A stretch of DNA of 64,000 bases from Thermoanaerobaculia bacterium (GCA_035996815.1 DASYJF010000145.1:24345-88344); one strand, 5' to 3'; counted from the stretch's first letter, positions 45,244 to 56,060 are shown. The notes: generated by a model not told the origin, from the letters alone. Numbers and translations are program-made.

Positions 45244-45663
45244 ATGGCCGACGCACTTCCGACCAAGATCAACCTCACCGTCGTCACGCGCGAACGGAAG
45301 ATTATCGACATCGAAGTCGATGAAGTCGTGTTGCCCGCGAGCGACGGTGAGATCGGCGTGCTCCCCGGCCACACTCCCCTCCTGACGACGCTGAAGATCG
45401 GCCAGATGCGCTACCGCGTCGGCGGCACGTTCCATCGCATGGTCCTCTCATGGGGCTTCGCCGAAGTGCTTCCTGATCGCGTGATCGTGCTCGCCGAGCG
45501 CGGCGTGCTGGCCAGCGAGATCGATCCGGCCGCCGCCGAAGCCGAACGCATCGCCGCGGAGAAAGAGCTGCAGTACCTCTCATCGCACGATCCCGAGTTC
45601 AATCGCGTCGAAGCGCGGCTGGAAGAGTCGGTGGCGATGATCGGCATCGGCCGCGATCACTGA
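45244..45663 (+). CDS. atpC: F-type ATP synthase subunit epsilon
   Basis: 139 aa, position and beta-sandwich + helical hairpin pattern. Confidence 0.85.
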   Translation: MADALPTKINLTVVTRERKIIDIEVDEVVLPASDGEIGVLPGHTPLLTTLKIGQMRYRVGGTFHRMVLSWGFAEVLPDRVIVLAERGVLASEIDPAAAEAERIAAEKELQYLSSHDPEFNRVEARLEESVAMIGIGRDH

Positions 45664-45710
45664 GGCAGCGGCGTTAAGCTTGCATCGCGTTGCGCGACGT
45701 TTCGTCCAAT

Positions 45711-46370
45711 ATGGAATCCTGGCTCGACCACTTTGCGTCGACGAATTTTCGTCGTAGCAGCGACACGGCGCACGATCTCAAGACGCCGCTGAATGTCGCC
45801 GTGCTCAATCTCGAGCTGCTGCGCATGCGCGTGTCCAAGCTGACCGGCGGCGAGGATGAGAAAGTCAACGCGTATGCGAAAGCGATCGAACAGGAGCTGC
45901 GTCGTATGGCGCGGATTTTCGACACCTTCTTCGTTCTTTCGACGCCTCCGAAAGATGATGAAGAGCCGGCCGAGATTGACCTCTGTCCGCTGTGCACCGA
46001 GGCCGCTGCCGGCATGAAATACGAGCTGGTCGGTGTCGATGGTTCGTTCAAAATCCGGGGCCACGATTCCAGAATTCGTCAGGCGCTCAAGATGTTTTTC
46101 GAGGGCACGTCGCGCGTGTTGGACGAGATCGGACGTAGCTCTTCGGTCGAACGAATGCCGGGGCGTTTCACGGTAGCAGTCACCGGCAAACCGTCGTCGT
46201 CCGACTTCGAAATCACGAAGATCTTCAAGTTCTACTACACGGATTCGGCAGGAAATGCGGACCTCTCGCTCGCCGCTGCGCGCCTCATCGCGGAAACGTA
46301 CGGCGGTGAGCTCAACGCTCTGGAGGAACGTGATAAGGTTTCGATCAGGTTGTCCTTCCCAGGTGAATAG
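45711..46370 (+). CDS. Cytoplasmic (sensorless) histidine kinase
   Basis: H-box HDLKTPLNVAVLNLELL and an HATPase_c region. No TM or sensor domain. Confidence 0.65.
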   Translation: MESWLDHFASTNFRRSSDTAHDLKTPLNVAVLNLELLRMRVSKLTGGEDEKVNAYAKAIEQELRRMARIFDTFFVLSTPPKDDEEPAEIDLCPLCTEAAAGMKYELVGVDGSFKIRGHDSRIRQALKMFFEGTSRVLDEIGRSSSVERMPGRFTVAVTGKPSSSDFEITKIFKFYYTDSAGNADLSLAAARLIAETYGGELNALEERDKVSIRLSFPGE

Positions 46371-47753
46371 ATGAAGAAAGTGCTGATCGTTGATGACGAC
46401 CGCGCGACGAGCGCCGGCATGGCCGACGTTGTCGAAGAGTGGGGCTACGAAGCGGAAGTCGCCGACACGGTGAAAGCCGGCTGGAGCTCCGTCTCGAAGA
46501 TGGTCCCGGACGTCGCCATCGTTGATCTCAAGCTCCCCGACGGTTCCGGCCTCGATCTGCTGCATCGCATCAAGGAAACGTATCCCGACGTCTCGGTCGT
46601 GATTCTCACCGGCCATGCCACCGTCGACTCGGCCGTCAAGGCCCTCAAGGTCGGTGCTGAGGATTACGTCACCAAGCCGGTCGACCTCCCTCGCCTGCAG
46701 GTCATCCTCAAGTCTGTCGAAGACAAACAGATGATGAAGCAGGAGATCCTCGAGCTTCGCCGCCAGCTTCAGAAGATGGGCGCGCTCGGTCATCTGGTCG
46801 GCAAGTCACCGCGGATGCAGAAGCTCTTCGAAGAGATCGAGATGGTCGCGAACACCGACGCGAACGTCTTCATCGTCGGCGAGTCGGGATCGGGCAAGGA
46901 AGTCGTCGCGAACACGATCCACTCGTTGTCGCGCCGGCGCCTCAAGCCGTTCATCGCCTTCAACTGCGGCGCGATCTCGCCGACGTTGATCGAGTCCGAG
47001 ATCTTCGGCCACGAGAAAGGCGCCTTCACGAACGCCATCAAACGCCGCGAGGGCTACTTCGAAGTGGCCAAGGGCGGCACGGTCTTCCTCGACGAAATCA
47101 CCGAGATGCCGATCGAGCTGCAGGTCAAACTTCTGCGTGTTCTCGAGGAAGGGAAGTTCCGCCGCGTCGGCGGCAATGAAGAGATCTACATCGAAGCGCG
47201 CGTCATCGCCGCGTCGAATCGCGATCCGCAGAAGGCGATCGTCGACGGCAAGATGCGCGAGGATCTCTACTACCGGTTGAATGTCTTCCCGATCGAGGTT
47301 CCGCCGCTGCGCGAGCGCCTCGAAGACATCCCGCTCTTCTCTCACTTTTTCCTGCAGAAGTTGAATGAGACGGAAGAGAAGAAGGTCGAGAACATCGAAG
47401 CCGACTTCATCGAAGCTCTTCAACAATACGAGTGGCCGGGCAACGTCCGCGAGCTGCGCAATGTAATTAACCGCGCGTTCATCATGGCCCGCGGCGCCAG
47501 CCTCACCGTCGAATGCCTCCCCGACAAACTCCTCGGCGCGCGCAGGCGCAGGACACGTGACGGCGTCATGATCCCGCTCGGCCAGCCGATGGAAGAGGTG
47601 GAGCGCATCGTCATCGAAGAGACGCTCCAGATGACCGACGGCGACCGCCGCAAGACCGCCGAGATCCTGGGGATCTCTTACAAGACGCTCTACAACAAGA
47701 CGAAAAAGTACAAGGCCGCCGGCGGCGGAGACGACGACGAAGAAGACGCGTAG
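46371..47753 (+). CDS. Sigma-54-dependent response regulator (NtrC family: REC–AAA+–HTH)
   Basis: REC Asp pocket (DDD…D…K), GESGSGKE Walker A, GAFTNA, C-terminal Fis-type HTH. Confidence 0.85.
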   Translation: MKKVLIVDDDRATSAGMADVVEEWGYEAEVADTVKAGWSSVSKMVPDVAIVDLKLPDGSGLDLLHRIKETYPDVSVVILTGHATVDSAVKALKVGAEDYVTKPVDLPRLQVILKSVEDKQMMKQEILELRRQLQKMGALGHLVGKSPRMQKLFEEIEMVANTDANVFIVGESGSGKEVVANTIHSLSRRRLKPFIAFNCGAISPTLIESEIFGHEKGAFTNAIKRREGYFEVAKGGTVFLDEITEMPIELQVKLLRVLEEGKFRRVGGNEEIYIEARVIAASNRDPQKAIVDGKMREDLYYRLNVFPIEVPPLRERLEDIPLFSHFFLQKLNETEEKKVENIEADFIEALQQYEWPGNVRELRNVINRAFIMARGASLTVECLPDKLLGARRRRTRDGVMIPLGQPMEEVERIVIEETLQMTDGDRRKTAEILGISYKTLYNKTKKYKAAGGGDDDEEDA

Positions 47754-47907
47754 TCACAGCTAAACTCCACAGCCAGTAGCATTTTTGGCCTTCCTGACGT
47801 CGCGGTGCTATCGTCCGCGCTCGATCAATCCGATGCCCCGCGTACGCGCGTGCCTCATGCACGCGCGAGGAATTCCGGCGTCGGCGTGGAAGGTTGGGCG
47901 TTCCGCA

Positions 47908-50343
47908 ATGGCCAAAAACCTCGTCATCGTCGAGTCTCCCGCGAAAGCGAAGACGATCAACAAATTCATCGGCAGCGACTACATCGTCAAAGCTTCCGTC
48001 GGTCACGTCCGCGATCTGCCGAAGAGCGACCTCGGCGTCGACGAGGAGACCTTCGAGCCAACCTACGAGATTCTCGAGGGCAAGGAAAAGGTAGTCGCCG
48101 AGCTGCGTGCAGCCGCGAAAAAAGCCGACATCGTCTACATCGCCTCTGACCCTGATCGCGAGGGAGAAGCGATCGGCTGGCACGTGATGAACCTCCTCGG
48201 CGGCGACTCGAAGAAGGTCCGCCGCATCCTCTTCCACGAGATCACGAAGAACGCGGTCCGCAAGGCCATCGATCAGCCGGGCGAGATCGACATGAATAAG
48301 GTCAACGCGCAGCAGGCCCGGCGCGTGCTGGACCGCCTGGTCGGCTACAAGCTCTCGCCGCTACTCTGGGACAAAGTCCGCCGCGGTCTCTCCGCCGGCC
48401 GCGTGCAATCGGTGGCGATGAAGATGATCGTCGACCGCGAGGAAGCGATCAAAGCGTTCGTCCCCGAGGAGTATTGGACGTTCGCGGCGAAACTCGCGGC
48501 TGGAGTGCCGCCGCAGTTCATCGCCAAGCTTTCAAAGGTCGACGGCAAGAAAGCCGACGTCACGAACGAAGAACAGGCGCGCGTCATCGAGACCGTCCTC
48601 AAGTCGGGCAAGTACGTCGTCGAGTCGGTCGCCCGCAAGGAAAAGAAACAGACGGCCGCGGCGCCGTTCATCACTTCGACGCTGCAGCGCACCGCGTACA
48701 ACCGCTTCAAGTATCCCGTGAAGCGGACGATGCAGATCGCTCAGAAGCTTTACGAAGGCAAAGAGCTTGGCTCTTTCGGCCACGTCGGCCTGATCACCTA
48801 CATGCGTACCGACTCAGTACGTATCAGCGACGATGCGATCGCCGAAGTTAGAGAATATATCGGCGCGAAATACGGTGCTGATATTCTCCCCGAAAAGCCG
48901 AACGTATATCGTGTCAAGAAAGCTGCACAGGCGCAGGAAGCCCACGAGGCCGTCCGCCCCACGTCGCTGGAATTCGATCCGGAGAAGATCAAGGACCACC
49001 TCACCCGCGAGGAGTACAACCTCTACAAGCTGATCTGGGATCGCTTCGTCGCATCGCAGATGAAGCCGGCCCTGTTCGACGTCACCGATGTCGACATCCG
49101 CAACGCCGCCTATACCCTTCGCGCCTCGGGTGAAGTGCTGAAGTTCGCCGGGTTCCTGGCGGTCTTTCGGGACGCGACGGTGGAAGGCGCCGAGGACGAC
49201 GAAGAGAAGCCGGACGACAGCAAGGCGCTGCCGGCGATGAACGAAGGCGACGCATTGTCGCTCATCAACCTCGACACGCGTCAGAACTTCACCCAGCCGC
49301 CGCCGCGCTACACGGAAGCGACACTCGTGAAGGCGCTGGAAGAGAACGGAATCGGACGTCCGTCGACGTACGGCTCGATCATGACCACGATCCAGACCCG
49401 CGACTACACCTACAAGTCGGACGGCAAGTTCTTTCCGACGCAGCTCGGCATGCTCGTCACCAAGCTCCTCAAGCAGTCCTTCGGCGACATCATCGACGAA
49501 GGCTACACGGCGGAACTGGAGCAGAAGCTCGACGAAATCGAAGAAGGTCAGGTCGAATGGCACGAGGCCATGCGCGACTTTTCCGTCAAATTCAACAAGG
49601 ACTTAGCGCGAGCCGGCAAAGAGATGGTGGAAGTTAAGCGGACCGGCGTGGAGACCGACGAGATCTGCGAGAAGTGCGGCTCACCGATGGCCATCAAGTT
49701 TGGGCGCTTCGGCGAGTTCCTGGCTTGCTCGAACTATCCCGAGTGCAAGAACACGAAGGAAACCGCGCGCGGCGATGTCGCCGAACAGCCTGAGGGCGAG
49801 ACGATCATCTGCGACAAATGCGGCAAGCCGATGCAGCTCAAACGCTCGCGCTTCGGTCAGTTTTACGCCTGCACCGGCTATCCCGATTGTAAGAACACGA
49901 AAGACCCGCGCCTGCTGAAAGCCGACATCCCCACCGAGCCGCAGCCGCCCTGCGAGAACTGCGGCAAGGAGATGGTGCTCAAGTCCGGCCGCTACGGTCC
50001 GTTCTTCTCCTGCTCCGGCTATCCCGACTGCAAGACCATTCGCAAGATCGGCGGCGGCAAGGGCACGCCTCCGAAGCCGACCGGCGTGAAATGTGAGAAA
50101 TGCAACGAGGGCGAACTCGTCGAACGCCGTTCGCGCCGCGGCATCTTCTTCTCCTGCTCGCGCTATCCGAAGTGCGATTTCGCGCTGAACAATCAGCCCG
50201 TTCCGCGTCCGTGTCCGACGTGCGCGGCGCCGTATCTGCTGGAGAAGGAAACCAAGCGCGAGGGGCACATCGAGTACTGCAACAATCCGGAGTGCGGCTA
50301 CCGCGCGCCGATTGCTGCGATGCCGAATGCGGCAAATGAATAG
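47908..50343 (+). CDS. topA: DNA topoisomerase I with five C-terminal zinc ribbons
   Basis: Toprim MAKNLVIVESPAKAKTI, active-site region, repeated CxxCG…CxxYPxCK ribbons. Confidence 0.9.
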   Translation: MAKNLVIVESPAKAKTINKFIGSDYIVKASVGHVRDLPKSDLGVDEETFEPTYEILEGKEKVVAELRAAAKKADIVYIASDPDREGEAIGWHVMNLLGGDSKKVRRILFHEITKNAVRKAIDQPGEIDMNKVNAQQARRVLDRLVGYKLSPLLWDKVRRGLSAGRVQSVAMKMIVDREEAIKAFVPEEYWTFAAKLAAGVPPQFIAKLSKVDGKKADVTNEEQARVIETVLKSGKYVVESVARKEKKQTAAAPFITSTLQRTAYNRFKYPVKRTMQIAQKLYEGKELGSFGHVGLITYMRTDSVRISDDAIAEVREYIGAKYGADILPEKPNVYRVKKAAQAQEAHEAVRPTSLEFDPEKIKDHLTREEYNLYKLIWDRFVASQMKPALFDVTDVDIRNAAYTLRASGEVLKFAGFLAVFRDATVEGAEDDEEKPDDSKALPAMNEGDALSLINLDTRQNFTQPPPRYTEATLVKALEENGIGRPSTYGSIMTTIQTRDYTYKSDGKFFPTQLGMLVTKLLKQSFGDIIDEGYTAELEQKLDEIEEGQVEWHEAMRDFSVKFNKDLARAGKEMVEVKRTGVETDEICEKCGSPMAIKFGRFGEFLACSNYPECKNTKETARGDVAEQPEGETIICDKCGKPMQLKRSRFGQFYACTGYPDCKNTKDPRLLKADIPTEPQPPCENCGKEMVLKSGRYGPFFSCSGYPDCKTIRKIGGGKGTPPKPTGVKCEKCNEGELVERRSRRGIFFSCSRYPKCDFALNNQPVPRPCPTCAAPYLLEKETKREGHIEYCNNPECGYRAPIAAMPNAANE

Positions 50344-50460
50344 CATTACGCATTCGATTGCCTAAATCGATATTCATTCGATTTAAATTAACTCCGATTT
50401 AGCAGCGCTTATTAACGCGCTACTCCTCCGCGCTAAACTCCCGGTTACGGAGGTCCATCC

Positions 50461-51966
50461 ATGACGAACGCTTCCTCGCGCGCCTGGCGCTGCGTCGCCG
50501 CGCTGTCGTTCTTTGCTGCCGCATCGTCGTTCGCGCAGCCGGCCCTGAACGTTTCCGACCGCGTCATGCTGCGCCAGGTGCTGCAGGCGATGCCGAAGGG
50601 CGGTGACCTGCACAATCATCTCTCGGGATCGGTCTACGCCGAGTACTACCTCAAGTACGCCGCGGATGACGGAATCTGCGTCGATTCCGCGAGGCTCACC
50701 ATCACGCAATGCGCGACGACGCAACCCGCCGCGAATCCATCGACGACGACGTCGATTGTTCCGGCAGCGACCGTCTTCGCGCCGTACACCTCGCTCTACG
50801 GCGACATGCTCGACGCCTTGTCGATGCGCCAATTCCACCCGGGTCGGGAAACAGGTCACGATCACTTCTTCAACACCTTCGGCAAGTTCAGCGCGGTCTC
50901 GAAGACGCACGTCCCCGAGATGCTCACGCAGGACGTGTGGCGGCTTGCCACCGAGAACGTCGACTATCTCGAAACGATCTTCGCCCCCGACTTCGGCAGC
51001 GCTCGCGACCTGCTAAAGGTCGTCAAACCGGACCAGTCCTTCACCGAAATGCGGACTGCCATGATGCAGAGCGGTCAGGTGCCGCCGATCATCGCCGCGT
51101 CACGCGCGGTGATCGACCACGCCGAGGCATGGATGCGCGACAACCTGCATTGCGGCACCGCGAACGCGCAGCCCGGGTGCGACTCCACGGTGCGTTACAT
51201 CTACGAGTTGCATCGCGGTGTGCCGCTGCAACAACTCTTCGCCGAGATGGTGGTCGGCTACGAGCTCGCCAGCGCCGATCCGCGCGTGGTCGGCCTCAAT
51301 CCGGTCATGCCCGAGGACAGCTACATCTCGATGCATGACTTCGACGATCAGATGAAGATGTTCGCATTTTTTCATCAGCTCTATCCGAAGATTCACCTCT
51401 CCACGCACGCCGGCGAGCTCACGCCTGGCCTTGTCGAGCCCGAGGGTCTGCGCGACCACATCCGCGACTCGGTGATGATCGCCGGCGCCGAGCGCATCGG
51501 CCACGGTGTCGACATAACGTACGAAGACGATGCCGTCGGATTGCTGAAGACGATGGCAAGCCGCCATGTCGCCGTCGAAATCTGCCTCACCAGCAACGAC
51601 GTAATCCTCGGCGTTTCCGGCAAGGCGCATCCTCTCCGCTACTACCTCGCCGCTGGAGTCCCCGTCGCGCTAGCCACCGACGATCCCGGCGTTTCGCGCG
51701 ACGACATGACCAACCAGTACATGCGCGCCGTGCAGGATCAGGGCCTCGACTACGCCACGCTCAAACGACTGGCGCGCAACAGTCTCGAATTCTCCTTCGC
51801 CGAGGGGGAGTCGCTCTGGTGGAATCACGACTATTCGAAAATGAATAGCGCCTGCGGCGAAACGTCATCGTCCACGTGCAAGACGTTTCTTGCCGCGAAT
51901 ACGAAAGCGCGCATCGAATTGCGGCTGGAGCAGCGGCTACGCGACTTCGAGGCGACCTGGAAGTGA
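50461..51966 (+). CDS. Secreted adenosine-deaminase-family protein (ADGF/CECR1-like)
   Basis: Signal peptide; GDLHNHLSGS metal-binding motif of the ADA/AMPD superfamily; ~500 aa. Confidence 0.55.
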   Translation: MTNASSRAWRCVAALSFFAAASSFAQPALNVSDRVMLRQVLQAMPKGGDLHNHLSGSVYAEYYLKYAADDGICVDSARLTITQCATTQPAANPSTTTSIVPAATVFAPYTSLYGDMLDALSMRQFHPGRETGHDHFFNTFGKFSAVSKTHVPEMLTQDVWRLATENVDYLETIFAPDFGSARDLLKVVKPDQSFTEMRTAMMQSGQVPPIIAASRAVIDHAEAWMRDNLHCGTANAQPGCDSTVRYIYELHRGVPLQQLFAEMVVGYELASADPRVVGLNPVMPEDSYISMHDFDDQMKMFAFFHQLYPKIHLSTHAGELTPGLVEPEGLRDHIRDSVMIAGAERIGHGVDITYEDDAVGLLKTMASRHVAVEICLTSNDVILGVSGKAHPLRYYLAAGVPVALATDDPGVSRDDMTNQYMRAVQDQGLDYATLKRLARNSLEFSFAEGESLWWNHDYSKMNSACGETSSSTCKTFLAANTKARIELRLEQRLRDFEATWK

Positions 51967-53073
51967 CGACAGAAATGCCCGCACCGGCTCGGTGATCAGG
52001 CCGTAGTCGATGAGGAACGTGTCGTGGCCGTTCGGTGACGAGATCCGCTCGTGCTGAACCGGCGTGCCATTCGCGGACATCGCTGCTTCGACGCGCTCGA
52101 CTTCGCTGACTGGAAAGAGCCAGTCGGTGTCGAAGGAGACGAGCAGCGTGCGGCCCTGCCATTTCGCGAAGGCCTGCTGGAGCGAACCGTGCTGCTCCTC
52201 GAGGTCCATTTCATCCATCGCAGCCTGGACGCGGATGTAGGAATTCGCGTCGTACTGCGAGGCGAATTTGCGGCCCTGATGTTCAAAGTACGAATCGATC
52301 TCGAACTGGCGGGTGTCACCGCGGCGGCGCCGTCCGAACTTCGATTGCAGCGACTGCGCCGAGAGATACGTCATGTGTCCGACCATGCGTGCGATCTGAA
52401 GGCCGCGCAACGGTTCGCGGATGTCGTAGTAGTCGCCGCCGTTGAAGCGCGCGTCGCTCTCGATCATCTTGCGTCCGATCACATGCCACGCGATGCCCTG
52501 TACCGGCACCGCGGGGCCGGCCGCCATGGTGATGATCGAATCCATGAAGTCGGGATAGCACGTGGCCCACATCAGCACCTGCATCCCGCCGAGGGAGCCG
52601 CCGGCGACGGCAAGGAGGTGTGTGATGCCGAGCCGATCGAGGAGGATTTTCTGCGAATGCACCATGTCCTCGATCGCGGGCCATGGATAGCGCGAGCCGT
52701 ACGGTCTGCCCGTAGCCGGATCGATCGATTCAGGCGAGGTCGTTCCGTAGCAGGAGCCGGGGATGTTCGCGCAGATCACGAAGTACTTGTCGAGATCGAT
52801 GCCTTTGCCGTGACCGATCAGGCCGTCCCACCAGCCGGGACGTTCGTCGGCGGAGTCGGCGTACCTGCCGGCGGCATGCGCGCTTGCGGAGAGCGCGTGG
52901 CAGACCAGGATCGCATTCGACTTGTCGGCATTCAGCTCGCCGAATGTTTCGTAACGGATCGAGAACGGCGCGATGGTCTGACCGTGCTGGAAGCGAAAGC
53001 CGTCATCAAGGACAAGGTCTTTCGGTGGAGCAGCGCGGAGCGACGTCGGCATCGGAGCGACGAAGGATGTCAC
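51937..53073 (-). CDS. metX: Homoserine O-acetyltransferase
   Basis: Alpha/beta hydrolase with nucleophile elbow GGSLGGMQ, 378 aa, MetX-like N-terminus. Confidence 0.8.
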   Translation of the reverse strand: MTSFVAPMPTSLRAAPPKDLVLDDGFRFQHGQTIAPFSIRYETFGELNADKSNAILVCHALSASAHAAGRYADSADERPGWWDGLIGHGKGIDLDKYFVICANIPGSCYGTTSPESIDPATGRPYGSRYPWPAIEDMVHSQKILLDRLGITHLLAVAGGSLGGMQVLMWATCYPDFMDSIITMAAGPAVPVQGIAWHVIGRKMIESDARFNGGDYYDIREPLRGLQIARMVGHMTYLSAQSLQSKFGRRRRGDTRQFEIDSYFEHQGRKFASQYDANSYIRVQAAMDEMDLEEQHGSLQQAFAKWQGRTLLVSFDTDWLFPVSEVERVEAAMSANGTPVQHERISSPNGHDTFLIDYGLITEPVRAFLSSLPGRLEVA

Positions 53074-54695
53074 TCCTGACGCTCGCGCTTCAACTGTCCT
53101 TCGTAGATACGCCGGACTTCGTCGATCGTGGAGATTTGATCGACCGTCTTGTCGTCGCGCAGGTGGGCGATGCGCGGGAAGCGAAGTGCATAGCCGGACT
53201 TGTGTCGCTTCGACTCCTGGATACGATCGAACGCGATCTCGAGAACGATGGTCGGTTCGACGGTGAGGACCGGACCATAGCCGCCTGTGGTCGTGGCCAG
53301 AAAGTGCTCGGTGAGGAGCGCGATCTCGACGTCGGTGAGGCCGGAGTAGGCCTTGCCGATGTTCACGAGCTCATTGTCGCGGCGGACGGCGAATGTGACG
53401 TCGGAGAGAACCGCGCGCCGTTTGCCGTGACCGTACTCGGCGGCGGTGACGACGCAGTCGAGCGTGGCCAGAGCTTTCTTGTATTTGAGCCACGACTTGC
53501 CGCGGCGGCCGGGCGTGTAGATCGAGTCGGGCGCCTTGACGACAAGCCCTTCGTTCGCGCGAGCGCGGGCGGCGTCGAACAGTTCGTCCACATGCGCGCC
53601 GTCGCGGACTTCCGATTGATTCGTAAAGCGGATGGCCGGATTGCTGCCGACGATGCCGCGCAGTTTCGCCAGCCGTTCTCGTAGCGGCGTTTCGAAGAGG
53701 ACTTCGCCATCGAGAAAGAGGATGTCGAACGCGAAGAAAACCACCGGCGCATCGCGAAGGAGAGCTTCCGAAACCTTGCGCCGTCCGAGCCGCTTCTGGA
53801 TCGTGACAAACGGAAGGACGCGATCGCTGAACGCGACGATCTCACCGTCGAGAACGGCGGAGTGTCCGAGCTTGCGCGCTGCGGCTTCCAACTCAGGAAA
53901 GCGGTGCGTGACGTCATCGAGCGTCCGCGAGTAGATGCGCACCTCATCCGGCGATGCGTGGATCTGCGCGCGCACGCCGTCGTATTTGTCATCGGCGAAC
54001 GCACCCGCGCCGAGCATGGCTACGATTTCATCCGGATCCTCTTCCGGCTGCGCGAGCATGAACGCGAAGGGATGGAACAGATTCATGCGCGCCGAGTCGA
54101 GCGCGTCCGAACGCGCCAGCAGCGCCGCGGCTCCGATGTCGCCCGTGAGCATGTTCGCGCGGCGCACTGCCGCCAGCGGCCGGTCGAATGCTTTTGCAAT
54201 CGCAGATTCGACGAGCCCTTCCTGCAGTCCGATGCGGAACTCGCGCAGCAGAATCTTGACGACGAAGCGGACGCCCTGCGCATCGAGTTTCCGCAACAGC
54301 GCCACCAGAACGATCTTCTTCTCGCCCGGTCCCGAAGTCGCCGCGAGCCGCTCGAACGTCTCCCCGACCTCGGCCAGCGTCACCGTGCGCGTTGGATCGT
54401 CCTCGAACAACTCAGCAACCGTGTCGCCGGCATCGCCGTACTTTGACCACGCCGCCCAAACTTCATCCGACGGACGTCCGGTCACCTCGACGATCGCGTC
54501 ACTCAGCGTCGCACCGCCGACGCCAACCGTGCGCTGGTCTTTGCGGGGAAACGCCGATCCGGAGAAGAAGACCACGGCTCGCTCCAGCGATGCGTCGTCG
54601 AGCGCGACCAGGTAACCCGCCAGCAACCGTTCCTTCTCCGACTTTTTTGTCGTCGCGGCGATGGCGTTGGCTGTTTTGCAGAAATCGGCAAGCAT
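53070..54695 (-). CDS. ATP-dependent DNA ligase
   Basis: Motif I KYDGVRAQIH (adenylation lysine), OB and DNA-binding domain layout. Start trimmed to MLADFCKTANAI. Confidence 0.8.
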   Translation of the reverse strand: MLADFCKTANAIAATTKKSEKERLLAGYLVALDDASLERAVVFFSGSAFPRKDQRTVGVGGATLSDAIVEVTGRPSDEVWAAWSKYGDAGDTVAELFEDDPTRTVTLAEVGETFERLAATSGPGEKKIVLVALLRKLDAQGVRFVVKILLREFRIGLQEGLVESAIAKAFDRPLAAVRRANMLTGDIGAAALLARSDALDSARMNLFHPFAFMLAQPEEDPDEIVAMLGAGAFADDKYDGVRAQIHASPDEVRIYSRTLDDVTHRFPELEAAARKLGHSAVLDGEIVAFSDRVLPFVTIQKRLGRRKVSEALLRDAPVVFFAFDILFLDGEVLFETPLRERLAKLRGIVGSNPAIRFTNQSEVRDGAHVDELFDAARARANEGLVVKAPDSIYTPGRRGKSWLKYKKALATLDCVVTAAEYGHGKRRAVLSDVTFAVRRDNELVNIGKAYSGLTDVEIALLTEHFLATTTGGYGPVLTVEPTIVLEIAFDRIQESKRHKSGYALRFPRIAHLRDDKTVDQISTIDEVRRIYEGQLKRERQE

Positions 54696-54745
54696 CGTGA
54701 TTGAGTATGATCGCCCGGCAAAATTCAGACCGGGATGAGGCTTAC

Positions 54746-55675
54746 ATGAAAACGAAAGTGACCGTTGTCGGTGGCGGCAACGTCGGCGCGACCGTAGCGC
54801 AGGGAATCGCACTCAAAGAACTCGCGGACGTCGTCGTCGTCGACATCGTCGAAGGCGTTCCGCAGGGCAAGACGCTCGACCTGATGGAAACCGCGCCCGT
54901 CGAGAAATACGACTCGATCCTGCGCGGCACGAACGGCTACGACGAGACTGCCGATTCGGACGTCGTCGTCATCACCGCCGGCCTCCCGCGCAAGCCAGGC
55001 ATGAGCCGCGACGATCTGCTTTGGAAAAACGAAGAGATCGTGGCCGGCGTCACGCGCGAGATCGTGAAGCGCTCGCCGAACGCGATCCTGGTCATCGTTT
55101 CCAATCCGCTCGACGCCATGTGCGAAGTGGCCCGCCGCGTCTCCGGCTTCCCTCGCGAGCGCGTCATCGGCATGGCCGGCGTCCTCGACTCCGCCCGCAT
55201 GCGCGCCTTCATCGCCATGGAGCTGAACGTCTCCGTCGAAAACACCCACGCCTTCGTCCTCGGCGGACACGGCGACACGATGGTCCCGCTGCCGCGCTAC
55301 TCGACCGTCGCCGGAATCCCGATCACTGAGCTGATTTCGAAAGAACGCATCGACGCCATCGTCACCCGCACGCGCAACGGCGGCGCGGAGATTGTCAATC
55401 TCCTCAAGACGTCCGCCTGGTACGCGCCCGGCGCGGCGACGGTGGAGATGGTCGAAGCGATCCTCAAAGACAAGCGCAAGATCCTACCGTGCGCCGCGTA
55501 CCTGACCGGCGAGTACGGCTTTAACAACCTCTACGTCGGCGTACCGGTAAAGCTCGGCTGCAATGGCATCGAGCAGATCATCGAGATCACCCTGACCGAG
55601 GAGGAGAAGGCAGCGCTGCAGAAGTCGGCGGATGCGGTTCGGGAGTTGTTCGACACACTGAAGATCTTGGCGTAA
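54746..55675 (+). CDS. mdh: Malate dehydrogenase (LDH-like)
   Basis: [11 protein letters not shown] Rossmann fold, substrate loop [13 protein letters not shown]. Confidence 0.9.
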   Translation: MKTKVTVVGGGNVGATVAQGIALKELADVVVVDIVEGVPQGKTLDLMETAPVEKYDSILRGTNGYDETADSDVVVITAGLPRKPGMSRDDLLWKNEEIVAGVTREIVKRSPNAILVIVSNPLDAMCEVARRVSGFPRERVIGMAGVLDSARMRAFIAMELNVSVENTHAFVLGGHGDTMVPLPRYSTVAGIPITELISKERIDAIVTRTRNGGAEIVNLLKTSAWYAPGAATVEMVEAILKDKRKILPCAAYLTGEYGFNNLYVGVPVKLGCNGIEQIIEITLTEEEKAALQKSADAVRELFDTLKILA

Positions 55676-55682
55676 CCTGCTG

Positions 55683-56060
55683 ATTCAAAACACAATCTCC
55701 TTGAATCGCAGACAAATCCTCTGATTCAGTCGACAGACTCTCTGGGTCGTTAGACAGACTTTTTGGATCGTTAGACACAGTTTTTGGACCGCGAGACATA
55801 CTTTCTGGGTCGTTAGACACACTTTTTGGATAGCGAGACCCACTCTCTGGATAGCGAGACAGACTCTTTGGGTCGCTAGACAGATTGATTCGATCGGATG
55901 ACCCACTTCATGGGTCGACTGACATACTTTTGGATCGCTAACCAAACTTCCTGGGTCAGCAGACAGGCTCTTTGGGTCAATCGGCAATACGCTTGGGCCG
56001 CTCAACTCGTGGTTTGGTTCGGTAGATCAACCGTTTGATCGGTAGGCGTGCAGGATCGGC
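55683..56060. repeat. 21-bp-period degenerate tandem array B (~17 units; consensus tggatcgttagacagactttt), lower GC than its surroundings
   Basis: Read directly. The units are contiguous and degenerate, with no spacers. Confidence 0.75.
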
